DNA from: Ostrea edulis
Taxonomy: Eukaryota
Direction of reading: 5' to 3'
DNA length: 64,000 nt
Assembly (NCBI RefSeq): GCF_947568905.1
Contig: NC_079168.1
Location: 60,078,001-60,142,000, forward strand
The position numbers and the translations under genes are program-made. Of the stretch, positions 28,058 to 39,949 are shown in pieces. A model generated the notes under the pieces. It was given only the letters and a program-made list of their open reading frames with translations. It made no database searches and was not told the DNA's origin. Within the stretch, counting starts at the first letter, position 1. The number at the start of each line of letters is the position of its first letter.

Positions 28058-31000
28058 GGGACAGACTGCAAAAATGATCAGAATAGTTCACTTGAGCTTT
28101 CAGTGCAGGTGAACTAAAAACTCTCATATACTAGATACTCTTACGCACGGGAAGTACATCTTGCAAATCGTTGACATACTCCTTTTGGATGTCCCATCGG
28201 TTTTCCCCCTCAAAACCCGACCAGTTTATCTTGTAGTTGGGGTCCTTGGACGTGCGAAATAATAGGTTTTCTCGGATTCCGTAAAATCCGGCGGAGTGGC
28301 TTGGTATTTGCCAGCGAAGATCCAGGCTCCAACGGATTTTATCAGACATATTGGGTAGGCTGGAAAATAGTGGAGCATTCTGGACCAATGTTTGAACAAT
28401 TAGAATTTACACTCTATACATGGTGTCATCGCATTCCATGAGGCTGCATCAAAATGTAAACATTTTCACAGTGACTTTTAATGAATATTTATTACCTTCT
28501 GTGAGGGATCATGTTATTCAACAGAAGCATTCCTCCATAGGGAACCGGGCACGTCACGATGTCTTTTTCCAAATCAATTCCTGTTGTCAGACGAAAACGT
28601 ACTGATTAAAACATTCCGATGGTGAACAAAAAAATCATAAAAGGTACAAAATTTGAAATATTACAGTGAAGAAAATACTCTAAAATTGATGCTAGTATTA
28701 CCCAGAGATTTTTTCATTTCCTCTTCCTCCAGCATAACATACCAAGTGTTTCCATAGCAACATTGGTGAGTTGCGACTTTTCCGGTCTTGTGCCCTTTGT
28801 GTGCCACCTAGATTTTTACATTATTGCTAAGTGAAATTAGGATTTGTGTTTGGAAAAACTAGAAATGATACATGGTGTTTGCACTGAAAAGTCTACATGT
28901 ATTTAAAGATAGAAATGCAATCGGTTTCTGTACCTGCATACAGCCATTTTGTGCGTTGGCGTCTAGTAGAGGTATCCAGGCTGTCGGCTGAAGAACTGTG
29001 TAAGAATCCCTGTCTAAGTAGGCGGAGTCTGTAGAAGACAGAGACATATTGGAATATGCTGGGATTTATGATCTGAGCGATATGTACAATGTATTGCAAA
29101 AATTTTATCCCAATGTTAACGATAATCCATTGCACTTATTTTGGCTTTCAACAAGCGGACAGTAATTTTGTACTATCTGTATCATAAACGAAATAGAATC
29201 TTAATGTTGATTTAATTGAAGTGTTGTATAGGTGGTATTTTAATCAGGCCACACCCTTCGCCGATAAATATTGCTTTTATGGATAAAATGCGGAGCGAAA
29301 CTGCGATGGCAAAGCAGCGAATTTGCGAGGACGAAAACGGAAACCTAATATCGCTCAGGACTTTGTCTTCAACTTTGCCAATCGTAAATACTCGACCATT
29401 TATTGGTTGCGGTAACTTTGCACTTCGCAAGCGGAAGTTATTGTTTACGAACGCCCATTGAGCTCATTATCGTAGCCGGGGGAAAATCGCATTATAACGC
29501 GGAACTAGAGAGGTTTGATAAAAGGTGAAGATAACGAACGCCGTAAATCGAAGGTTTTTATAAGGGATAGATCTGCAGCTCTCTGGTATACCCAATATTT
29601 TCTAGAGATCAAAGTTACATATCTACAGCTAAGGGCGACGGGGCAAAATTGCGAGAGTAAAAGAGCAATATTAATATCCCTTCTTCGTCTTCGCAACCTC
29701 CCACTCTCACCAAAACTCTTTACAGCCATACTTAATGAACGATTAAATGTGTGATCAAGCAATGAAGATATTATTTCTGATGCTCAGTTTGGATTTAAAT
29801 CTGGTTTTAGTACAACAGATGCAATTTTTGTTTTACATGCATTAATTAATCGAAACCTTGCTAAGGGTAAGAAATTATATTGTTGCTTCGTAGATTATCA
29901 AAAAGCCTTTGATAAAATAGACAGAAAAATGTTATTTTTCAAATTAGCGAAACATGGTACTGACTGTCAAATGTTAAAAATTATCAAATCTATGTACTTT
30001 AACATTAAATCATGTGTAAGACACAAAAATCAGTTATCAGAACTCTTCAATTGTAATGAGGGCTTGATGCAAGGGGAATCACTCTCACCATTTCTTTTCT
30101 CTTTGTATGTGAATGATTTCGAGATGGAATTTATTGAAAACATGTGTATCCCAGTTGAAATCAAAGATATTGTTTTGTTTTTAATTATGTATGCTGATGA
30201 TACGGTACTTTTTTCAGAGACAGAACAAGGTTTACAAGATATGTTGAATTGTTTACAAGATTATACCTCAACGTGGAAAATAAAGTTTAATGTGGACAAA
30301 ACAAAAATAGTTGTTTTTAGAAAAGGTGGGAAATTAAAATATAATCATTGTTGGAAGTATGATAATAAGTTAATTAGTATTGTTGAAAATTTTAATTATT
30401 TGGGTATAACATCAAATTTTAATGGAAAATTTCACAAAACACAAAACAATGTAGAAAAGGTTTAAGTAGCCTATTAAACAAAATGAAAAAAATGCATCTA
30501 AATGTAAGTACACAGTTGTCATTGTTTGATACGTATATAGGAAGTCTAGCAAATTATGGTTGTGAAGTTTGGGGCTCACATCCAGCAAATGATTTGGAAA
30601 ATGTTCATTTGAATTTTTGTAAAAAAGTTTATGTGTCAAGAAGTCTACTATGTCTATGATGGTCTACAATGAATTAGGACGGACACCTCTACATGTGCTA
30701 AGAAAGTATAGAATATTGAAATATTGGTTAAAACTAAAGAAGACAAATAATTGTATTTTAAAGAGTATTTATCAGGAAATGTTAGATGTTTGTGACTCAA
30801 ATTCTTATACTTGTTGGTTGACATATGCAAGAAATTTATTATATTCTTTAGGATTTGGATATGTATGGAATTGTACTTATGATATAAATGAAAACAAATT
30901 TTTATCTGAAGTAAAACAAAGACTACAAGATGTGTTTATACAAGATATTTATAGTGTTTTTGAGACTTCACCAAAATGTAACTTATATAAATATGTCAAT

Positions 31001-34000
31001 GAAGGTTTTAAATTACCATTGTATCTTACAAAATCTGTTCCAAATATGTATGTTCAAAATATTAGTAAATACCGATTATCCTCACATAGATTAGAAATTG
31101 AACAAGGTAGATTTAGCAATATTCCAAGAAACGAAAGAAAATGTAAATTATGTTCAGATAGTATTGAAGATGAATATCATTTTATATTAGTATGTCCTTT
31201 TTATAAAGATTGTAGAAAACAATATTTAAAGAAATATTATATACACCCCTCCACTTTCAAGCTTATCCAACTATTATCAACTGGAAATATTACGGAATTA
31301 TGTAAACTTGGTAAATACCTATATAAATGTTCATCTATTAGATCTCAGTTATTATAAGATTATCCTCAGTATCTATCCTGTCCATGTACATCAGTATGAT
31401 ATCTTATGTTTTGTTATCATTTCATTGTATAAGTTGTTGTATATACTTTATACCTATGAACTGTATGGTTCTTGGTCAATAAACAATAACAATGCAATAC
31501 CATCACATCTTTGCAATCTTGCTATCTCGCTCTTTCGCCCTCTCACTTTCGCTCCATCGACTCCTTCCGTGAGCAAATATGCATTTCGTAATTGTATACG
31601 ATTTAACAATTCGGCATTTGAAATGGTATTGAAGAACATAACTATTTCAACCTGACAACAAACAAACGAAATTGGTTGTATATCTAGGACCTTGATGCCA
31701 AGGAACAGTTGTTGCCTCATTCTGAGGTGTCTTAGTGCGTAGGTTCCAAACCGGATGTCCCGCAATGTCAGGCCCTATCAGCTGCTCTACGACGTTTAAC
31801 AAACGTTCATTGATCCAAAGGTCTTTAAAAGCCTACAACGCAAATATATTCTGGATACTATATTCATATTAAACCAGATATTTTATAGTAGCCGTCCCCC
31901 AACCATTTCGGAACAGATCTTACAGCGGATTTCAAAATGGAGATGGTGTTTGCAACTTTACAAATGCGTGTGTATCTGTATGAGCAAAAATGGAAATCTA
32001 CAGGTAAGTTTCTTTATTTTTTTAATGATCATTCCAACATGGTTCCTTTTTTATTTCAGACATTTTTACACTTTCCATGTACATTGATGACAGCGGAGGA
32101 TAATTATTCTTGATTTTGTAGATATGCATATGTTCCTATAGATTTTTATATCATTATTTAATGGTAGGTTTTTCAAATTTTTACAAAAATGCGAATATTT
32201 AAATGTGACTAACTTTGAAATATTAGATGTAGATTACTCTAACTTGACAATATATTTATGATGAGACATTTTTCAAGAATAACGAAGTAAGTTTCTATAT
32301 TCTTATTTTATATGAAGCAAAAAAATCAAGTTAAACAGAGATTTAGTCAAATTGCCTGACCGTTCTACGGAAAAAATACCTTCGGCTTTATGAAACCGCT
32401 TTTACTCTTCTATGAATCCCGTGAGGGTCTGATATGGTTTGTTTTTATTATTATTATTTAGCCGCGGATATAGAGAATGGAACACACATTTGCTTCGTTG
32501 CCACTATTATTCAGAATACAAAAAAAAAAACACACACCAAAAAACTGTTCAGAACATACTTGCATGTTCTCCCGAGTTTCAATGCTACATCACGTACCGG
32601 TATAGAACGTTTAATACCATTGCAAGTAACTTTAATAGTGAGCAATACTTTTTTGTATCATTGATCGAATCAGAAAATAATATTCGTAGCACTAAAAATA
32701 TATCGTGATGGTGTAATCATGCACACTTGTAAAACATTTAAAACAAAAGGCGAAATAAACATTTGTACCTGGAATAACACTTTAAACGAAATTAATACCC
32801 TTATATTATCTATTTACCAATTGACAGTAAGTGTGATGAGGCATGAAAGACCCTCGTGACGCACAAACTAAAGTAAATACAAAGGTTAAATGCACAAATG
32901 GCTTTCCATTAAAACCTGTTTTAAAGAAGCTTTTACTATGGAGCGCCAAATTAACATGAACTCAAATAATTGAAAATATCTTCAATTATTTGAAGATATC
33001 ATCAATTCAATTATTGCTCTCGTTAATTGAATTAATGCGCTCATTAAATCAATTATTTCTCTCATCAATTGATTTAATGCGCGCATTATATCAATTCTTG
33101 CTCTCTTCAATTGAATCGTAGCGCGCATCAATTCAATTGTTGGTATAATTAATTCATTTGAAGAGATCATTAATTCAATTAAAGTGCGCATCAATTCAGC
33201 TGAAGAATTAATGCTATCATCAATTCAATTATTGCGCGCAATAATTCAGAATTGAAGATATCATTAATTATTTGAAGAGATCTTTAATCGAATTGTTGCG
33301 CGCATCAAATGAATTGATGATATCTTCAAATAATTGAAAATATCTTCAATTATTTGAGTTTATGTTAATTTGGCGCTCCATATTTTACTACAATGAAGTC
33401 GATCTACTATATGACAAGGTTTCCTGAGAGGAATCGGTACCTCATGTACTAGGATAGGGGAAAGGCTACCATAGTGTAATATCAGTACACACTCTAAAAT
33501 TCTACAGGCGTTTGAACATAATACTTGCATTCTACTGAATAAATTCTCTTCGCGATTTTGAATGTAAAAGTTAACCTTTTTGGTGTTCTTTTTTTAAAAC
33601 AAAAAAGAATATTGATTTGATTTTTAAAACTGCAGTAGACAAATTATTTTATACCGTGATACAAACGTATACACATGTACCTGTGGCAGAACTCCATATT
33701 TGTGCAAAATTATGTTTGCTCCGGGAAAGTCTTGCTCAATCTTCGTCAAACGCTCGAAAAATCCACACTCGCTGTAAAGCCCTATACAAGAATGGACACA
33801 CCATTACCTTCTGATCTTGTATAAAGTAGAATAGACAAAATATGACATCTTTACGTAACATATTGAAAAATGGGAGAGGGGGAGGAGAGAAAAAGAAAAG
33901 GGGAGGGACGAAGAGAGGAGGACTTCCTGCATACCAACCCACCATATATAAACATGTAGGAAAATATACAATAAAAATGTTAGAGTAGGTTCATCCTGCA

Positions 34001-37000
34001 TACATATATGTGTGTAGTCTGTGAAAACTTTGTCCATACATCAAAAATGTTGAAAATCATTATGTTTATTTTCAAAGGGTCGTGATTTTAATCCACAAGA
34101 ATTGCAATTTTGAAAAGTAGCGTTCTGTGTACCGATAATTTATCTATTGATATTTGATAGATTAACTGTGCAAATATACACCAAGGCCATCGAACCTTTG
34201 ATTTTTCCAGCTCCGTGTAACTTCTGAGCTAGCTGATCTACAAATTTTTCAATAGCCATCTTGCATGGTTCCAGTTCTTCCTTGGTAAAGAAGTTCTCAA
34301 CGATCACATACCCCTACAAAATCAACAGCCACGTACAACTACAAGGTAATCACTGAAACCATTGTCTTCTGAACAAACAATCGCTGAAATAATCAACGAC
34401 ATTATACAACGACCAATCAATTTTTGTCATTTCGACGAGAAACGAATTGCATGTACATTACATATGAAACCCTATTAGGATCATTTCAAACATAACGAAT
34501 TCAAAGGCGTAATATAATGCGATAGAAATGCGTAAAGATGTGAACCGGTAATTGTTGTCAAATGGGATATTAACACAAAACATCCAGGCCTCCAATGCAT
34601 TGTCATGGACTCTAAATATAATCGAGAGCCTAAGACATAAATTGAACCTTCAATTTGTTACGGAGAAAACTGTTGGAAATAAAACAAACTATTTCAATTA
34701 TTTCAAAATTCTTGAATGCATGCACACAAAATATTTGCCTATACTATTGGGGCTGCACGTGGTGAACTTGAACAAAAGCATTGTCTTTAAAGTGAAAAAA
34801 GAATGGATTTTAAAAGAGAGAAAAGGCAAAGAACATACTCCTTGCTAATAAAGGCAGACAAGTACATTCTCCTTGCTAATAAAGGCAGACAAGTACATAC
34901 TCCTTGCTAATAAAGGCAGACAAGTACATACTCCTTGCTAATAAAAGCAGACAAGTACATACTCCTTGCTAATAAAGGCAGACAAGTACATACTCCTTGC
35001 TAATAAAGGCAGACAATTACATACTCCTTGCTAATAAAGGCAGACAAGTACATACTCCTTGCTAATAAAGGCAGACAAGTACATACTCCTTGCTAATAAA
35101 GGCAGACAAGTACATGGTCACAAACTGCATGCAAAGGATTTTAGTTGATATGTCCTATGAACTTTAAATAACCGCCGCGGTAGTCTAGCGTTCGCTCCAA
35201 ATGCGGAATGTCTGGGTTCGAATCCCGGCTGCGACAGGCCTAGTTCGTTAAAACAGGTAGTGACAGTTCCATCGCCAATCGCTCGGCATCAGATGTGAAT
35301 GTCAGGGTCCTCGGGAATGACCTTTAAAACGGATGTCCCGTGTCACAGTAGATGTGGCACGCTAAAGAACCCTCACTGCCTAATGGTTGTAAGCGCCGAG
35401 CATAGGCCTAGATTTGGTTGTAAGCGCCGAGCATAGGCCTAGATTTAAAGCCCTTTACCGTTATTGCTGAATCAGTGTGTAAAGAACGGCCTCATTTGGT
35501 ATGAAATGTGTCAAACTGCATTTTACTGAAACTTAACAAACAAATATTGCACTAAATATTGTCAATATACATCGTAGTAAATGTATTCATATCAAAATGT
35601 TAATTCTGTGACGTCATAACTGTGCCGTAGATGTCATAACACGTGACGTTTGCATAAATTTCTCTAAAAATGACAAATTTTGGAACTTTGATTCAAAATT
35701 TCAGTTTGGTCACATTAAACGAACAAATTAAAAATTCTGACACGGGTAAAGAAATGAAAACTGCACAAATAAATGTTGGATTTAATTTGTTCGATGAAAG
35801 TGGCCATACGTAAATTTCTTGTTTTAGGTCTTTCACAAACATAATTTATGCATCGAATGATGAGTTTCTCATCTTGAAAATAGACGTGTCCTTATAAAAC
35901 ATTATAAAATGATAGATTTTTACATAGGATCTCAAAGCATTATCTCAATTATTTTGAAAAGTTTTATGTACATCTTTGATCGAGGAATGAATTATAGATT
36001 TCGGATGGATTTGCGAAATGCTTACTTTAAACGACTACTGAAACCCCAGTAACATAAACTTATTTGTCAGTAGCCTGCCTCGATTTAAAAGCTTATCATA
36101 CACAGCTCTTGCATATTGAATCAGTTGAGAGACATAAACACAATATGCAGGTGAATAGAATATTGCTATATAAATATGGGAAGTTGACGATGTAGAAGTT
36201 GAAGTCACTCCGTTTGTCATAAAGTTGAGATTTTAGTTTGCCGTTAACATATAATTATGTTCAATAAAACATCCAAGCATGAAGCAGATGTGGAAGACTC
36301 TATGGTGTTTTTTATTTCGAGTTCACTGGGATGTATCGAATCGACATATGAATGAAAATCATCTTTGTTAATAGATAAAACGTCGTCGATACATCTAAAT
36401 GTCGAGTTCAAGGCCACAGCAAGATATTTTTTCTTCTCTTGCAGATTCTGCCTCGTAAGAATATGAAAATATGTCAGCTAATAAAGGAGCACAATTCGTG
36501 CCTATGAAATTCCAACAGACTGTTGATTTTTCATTTAGACTAGTGATCTAATGTTATGAAATTAGTAGGTTTTTGTCCAGTGAATATAGAAAGAATTTTA
36601 TTTTGAGGAATTTTATTTTGTCGGAACGAATCTTATTCCATGAGAATACATTTTGTATCGAGGGAACTAATTTTTTTCTTGGGAACGAATTTTATTCCAT
36701 AGGAACGAATTCATTATGTAGGGACGAAGAAAAAAATCTCTTTTACCCGTCCTAAACTATGGCGTGTAAAACGTTGCACTATTATACTAATCTTGTTATT
36801 CATATTCGAAAACTTGTAATTTATATTCTAAAGCATATCATTCAGTCATATTCGAAAAGTTGTTATTCATATTTGATAATTTTATCATTCATATTCAAGA
36901 ACATGTTATTCTTATTCTAAAACGTGTTATTGATATTCAAAAACATGTCATTCTTATTCAATAAATTGTTATTCATATTGTAAACTTTTCATTCATATTA

Positions 37001-38633
37001 AAAAACATGTGATTCATATTCGATAATCTTATCATTCATATTCAAAAACATGTTATTCATATTCGATAATCTTCTTATCATTCATATTCAAAAACATATG
37101 ATTCATATTCGATAATCGTATCATTCATATTCAAAAACATGATGTGATTCATATTCGATAATCTTATCATTCATATTCGATAATCATGTCGTTTATATTC
37201 GATAATTATGTTATTTATATTCGACAATCATGTCATTCATATTCGATAATTTTGCTATTCATATTCAAAAGCATGTAATTCATATTCGATAATCATGTCA
37301 TTCTTATTCGATAGTCATGTCATTCTTATTCGATAATTTTTCAATTCTTATTCAATATAATTTGCATTGTGGGTAATATTATCTGTTTGTAAAGTCTCTG
37401 CTCATTGGGTACATGTATGTGAAAACGAAAGTAGATTATGGTGTTACCATATCTGGACCACGTGTACGCAGCACATTCATAGGTAATGAATGTATATTGA
37501 TTGATAAACTTTTAGTAAATGTTCAACGTATTACACTAACTAACATAAAGAATGTATACTTACCACCAGATATGGTGACACCATAATCTACTTTCGTTTT
37601 CACATACATGTACCCAATGAGCAGAGACTTTACAAACAGATAATATTACCCACAATGCAAATTATATTGAATAAGAATTAAAAAATTATCGAATAAGAAT
37701 GACATGACTATCGAATAAGAATGACATGATTATCGAATATGAATTACATGCTTTTGAATATGAATAGCAAAATTATCGAATATGAATGACATGATTGTCG
37801 AATATAAATAACATAATTATCGAATATAAATGACATGATTATCGATAAGATTATCGAATATGAATCACATCATGTTTTTGAATATGAATGATAAGATTAT
37901 CGAATATGAATCACATGTTTTTGAATGTTAATGAAAAGTTTACAATATGAATAACAATTTATTAAATAAGAATGACATGTTTTTGAATATGAATGATAAA
38001 ATTATCGATTATGAATAACAACTTTTCGAATATGAATGATATGCTTTAGAATATAAATTACAAGTTTTCGAATATGAATAACAAAATTAGTATAATAGTG
38101 CAACGTTTTACACGCCATACTAAACTAGCCACGGTATAGTATTGTAATATATAATTACGTCAAGAAGAGCAGCAGGTGAAAGTCACGTGAATACTTATCA
38201 TTTCCATTAGTGGAACTCTTCAAATTAAAGGCGCGTAAAGTCGTGCTACCGGGACAACATACGTAAACATTACTTAGGCATACGTAATATAAATTATGGT
38301 ATCGAATACATATTAAAACCGACTGCAAACCACGACACTGATTAAAATTCTAAAGGCAAAAGGAATTGATTATTCTTACAAGAAAACAGACGAACTTATT
38401 AAACTATGTGAAGGAGTGCAGGTACTAAATCTGCCAAATCTGACCGATATAAAGCATCAGTCGCAAGAAGAACTGTGAAGGGAAAAACCAATTCATGCAC
38501 ATCCGACACAATAACTTTTCTTGTAATTAATGGGATTCATATGTTATTAAGATTATTCTGTCAGATTATGAAGACATTCTATTTTATACAATTTGGACAG
38601 GTTCATATGGCATGAACTTTGTAATCGTTAATG

Positions 38634-38700
<67 letters not shown>

Positions 38701-39949
38701 CAAATATTTTAGTATAAGTTATATACTTGCCAAACTGCATTTTTTAAGACGTTTATAACGCTAATTAACATAACAAATGCGTTTCTAAACTGCATCTAAG
38801 CTATTTTGAAAATTACAAAATATTGATTGACTTAGGACAGAGAACATCGTTGTTTGGAATTTTTATAATAGGTGTAGTGGAGTTTTAAAAAAAACCATGT
38901 AACATCCTTGATAAACTAGTGTTAGTATATTTTTAAAATACAGTTTGACCAATGGCTATTTTATTTAAAAGTTCACCATGTACTTTAACTTAAAAAGGGG
39001 GGGGGGTTGCTATGAACGTTTCGTTTATGTCCCAGTAATCTCGCACTTGCTCGCGAGACTTGTGCATTTTCTTACCAATGACGCACAAGAGTCATCAAAG
39101 CGCGATAACTCTAATGTGCTGGTAATGAGAAGTATTGCTCATCAGCTGAAATATGATGGAGTGTTCTGGAAAAATGTCGCCGTCACTGCGGTACTTCATT
39201 GAAAAACACGTAGAGAAAATAAGTTGTTTGCAAAAATACCATAACCGGACAATATTTCTTATACCTTCGTTCGTTTTGTTACGTTGTTGTTGATATATGC
39301 TTATTGCTTGGTAACCCTTTTGAATTATCAAGCTTTCTTTCGCATTATTTGGTTGGGGTTTTTTTGGGGGGGGGGGGGGGGGGGTGCGTTTATATTCGGA
39401 CTTGAATCTGTTAATTACTCCTTTCGATCGCGTTACAACGCTTGAAGTTATTTTATTCACGTTATTACGCCTTTTTTCTTTCTTTTTTCTTTTGCGTTAC
39501 GCCATTATATCGCGTTTATACACCTTTGACTTGCGTTATTACGCCGTTCTTTTGCTTTTAAATTTACCCACTCCCCTTTCTCCCCGTTATTAAGTGATTT
39601 TCATACGCTAATGAATTCGCTGCTTAAACCCTATATGTGTACAAGTCATGGAATTCTTTTGACCCCTACAAGAATGTTTTAGTCGACATAATTGAACATG
39701 AGAAAAACCTCCTGACTTCATTACATTTAACATTAATTCTGTAATTTTCATTTACATATGTTATGCAACAAATAAATATATACACACATCTTCAAAGAAC
39801 TTCTTTATCAGTTCGTCCGGAAGTTGTCCAGGTTTCTTTTCTTTTGCTTCCGGTCTCGCCGCCAAGTTGAAGATGTTCGGATGGCATTCTCCAGTAAATC
39901 CAGGAAGGACAGTGTTTAATTCGTTGGCAGATGTTTGCTCTGACGGCAT
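25271..39949 (-). CDS. PhyH-family (phytanoyl-CoA dioxygenase domain) Fe(II)/2OG dioxygenase, nine coding exons, about 386 aa
   Basis: Exons on - strand: 39949-39788, 34313-34196, 33781-33681, 31832-31691, 29028-28934, 28807-28702, 28580-28496, 28359-28149 and 25411-25271. They are phase-compatible GT-AG junctions summing to 1161 nt. Motifs: FFEDGYVIVENFF, VPWHQD (H-x-D), TAWIPLLDANAQNGCMQV, NNMIPHRS (distal His), RWSLDLRW. The exon-8 donor could be 28149 or 28158. Confidence 0.92.
25619..26998 (+). mobile_element. HINE/Pearl-like element, 5' portion with Cg170-like monomers, interrupted by a Kolobok-like MITE
   Basis: Start ttttagctcacctgaactgaaaggtcaagtgaag; about 160-bp monomers; truncated near 27000. 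Confidence 0.75.
25939..26780. mobile_element. Kolobok-like non-autonomous transposon, 842 bp, inserted in a satellite monomer
   Basis: TTAA duplicated at 25935-25938 and 26781-26784. TIRs GGTAAGGTTTGCGACA / TGTTGCAAACCTTATC. The monomer resumes as in caagtttgttaaaatcat. Confidence 0.75.
26999..28120 (-). mobile_element. Apparently complete HINE with about five Cg170/BIV160-like monomers
   Basis: 5' subTIR at 28086-28120 (reverse complement ttttagttcacctgcactgaaagctcaagtgaac). 3' subTIR and hairpin at 27000-27037. Monomer marks tttgatccctattgtggccc near 27091, 27292, 27451, 27611 and 27757. Confidence 0.8.
28149..28359 (-). CDS. PhyH-like exon 8
   Basis: tttccag|CCTACCC...; encodes SLPNMSDKIRWSLDLRWQ. 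Confidence 0.85.
28496..28580 (-). CDS. PhyH-like exon 7
   Basis: caacag|GAATT...AGAAG|gtaata; encodes IDLEKDIVTCPVPYGGMLLLNNMIPHRS. Confidence 0.9.
28702..28807 (-). CDS. PhyH-like exon 6
   Basis: atctag|GTGGCA...CTCTGG|gtaata; encodes VAHKGHKTGKVATHQCCYGNTWYVML. Confidence 0.88.
28934..29028 (-). CDS. PhyH-like exon 5
   Basis: ctacag|ACTCC...ATGCAG|gtacag; encodes (D)SAYLDRDSYTVLQPTAWIPLLDANAQNGCMQ. Confidence 0.92.
29705..31493 (+). mobile_element. 5'-truncated, decayed non-LTR retrotransposon (RT plus C-terminal Cys/His domain), antisense in PhyH intron 4
   Basis: RT motifs AQFGFKSG, FVDYQKAFD, QGESLSPFLF and YADD; C-terminal CKLC...EDEYHF..C. In-frame TGA at 29752 and frameshifts near 30465 and 30640. 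3' AATAAA at 31478 with a short tail. Clade unresolved. Confidence 0.9.
31691..31832 (-). CDS. PhyH-like exon 4
   Basis: ttgtag|GCT...CATCAAG|gtccta; encodes AFKDLWINERLLNVVEQLIGPDIAGHPVWNLRTKTPQNEATTVPWHQ. Confidence 0.92.
32937..33382. mobile_element. IS3EU-like non-autonomous element with about 73-bp TIRs and an internal 21-bp repeat
   Basis: Termini TATGG..CCATA; 6-bp TSD TTTTAC at 32931-32936 and 33383-33388. Confidence 0.7.
33681..33781 (-). CDS. PhyH-like exon 3
   Basis: gtatag|GGCTT...CCACAG|gtacat; encodes LYSECGFFERLTKIEQDFPGANIILHKYGVLPQ. Confidence 0.9.
34196..34313 (-). CDS. PhyH-like exon 2
   Basis: ttgtag|GGGTAT...ATCAAAG|gttcga; encodes GYVIVENFFTKEELEPCKMAIEKFVDQLAQKL. Confidence 0.9.
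34833..35115. repeat. 31-bp minisatellite, about nine copies
   Basis: Unit acatactccttgctaataaaggcagacaagt with three single-base variants. Confidence 0.95.
35170..35465 (+). mobile_element. tRNA-headed bivalve SINE (MetaSINE-like core)
   Basis: B-box-like GGTTCGAATCC at 35216; core gtcccgtgtcacagtagatgtggcacgctaaagaaccc shared with copies at 43940-45830. Confidence 0.75.
36020..36225 (-). mobile_element. Penelope-like RT relic
   Basis: LYDKRSDFNFYIVNFP followed, after frameshift, by SPAYCVYVSQLIQYARA and LLNRGRLLTNK. Confidence 0.65.
36758..38119. mobile_element. 1.36-kb foldback element (IS3EU-like termini) whose arms are built from minisatellite
   Basis: Perfect 34-bp terminal IR TATGGCGTGTAAAACGTTGCACTATTATACTAAT. 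6-bp TSD CTAAAC at 36752-36757 and 38120-38125. Arms end at 37456 and start at 37566, leaving a 109-bp spacer. Confidence 0.8.
38643..38695. repeat. (CT)n microsatellite
   Basis: Pure CT run. Confidence 0.95.
39788..39949 (-). CDS. PhyH-like first coding exon
   Basis: ATG at 39949; MPSEQ...KKPGQLPDELIKKFFED|gtgtgt joins exon 2 as FFEDGYVIV. Confidence 0.88.

Noticed and set aside
32982-33194. Heptad-like ORF (IELMISSNELI...)
   Set aside because: Translation of the 21-bp repeat inside a MITE
35170-35240. tRNA gene
   Set aside because: A B-box is present but there is no complete cloverleaf, and it runs into a SINE core
38340-38480. LKAKGIDYSYKKTDELIKLCE, a SAP-like fragment of a transposon protein
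   Set aside because: Too short, with no termini or catalytic motifs to support a call
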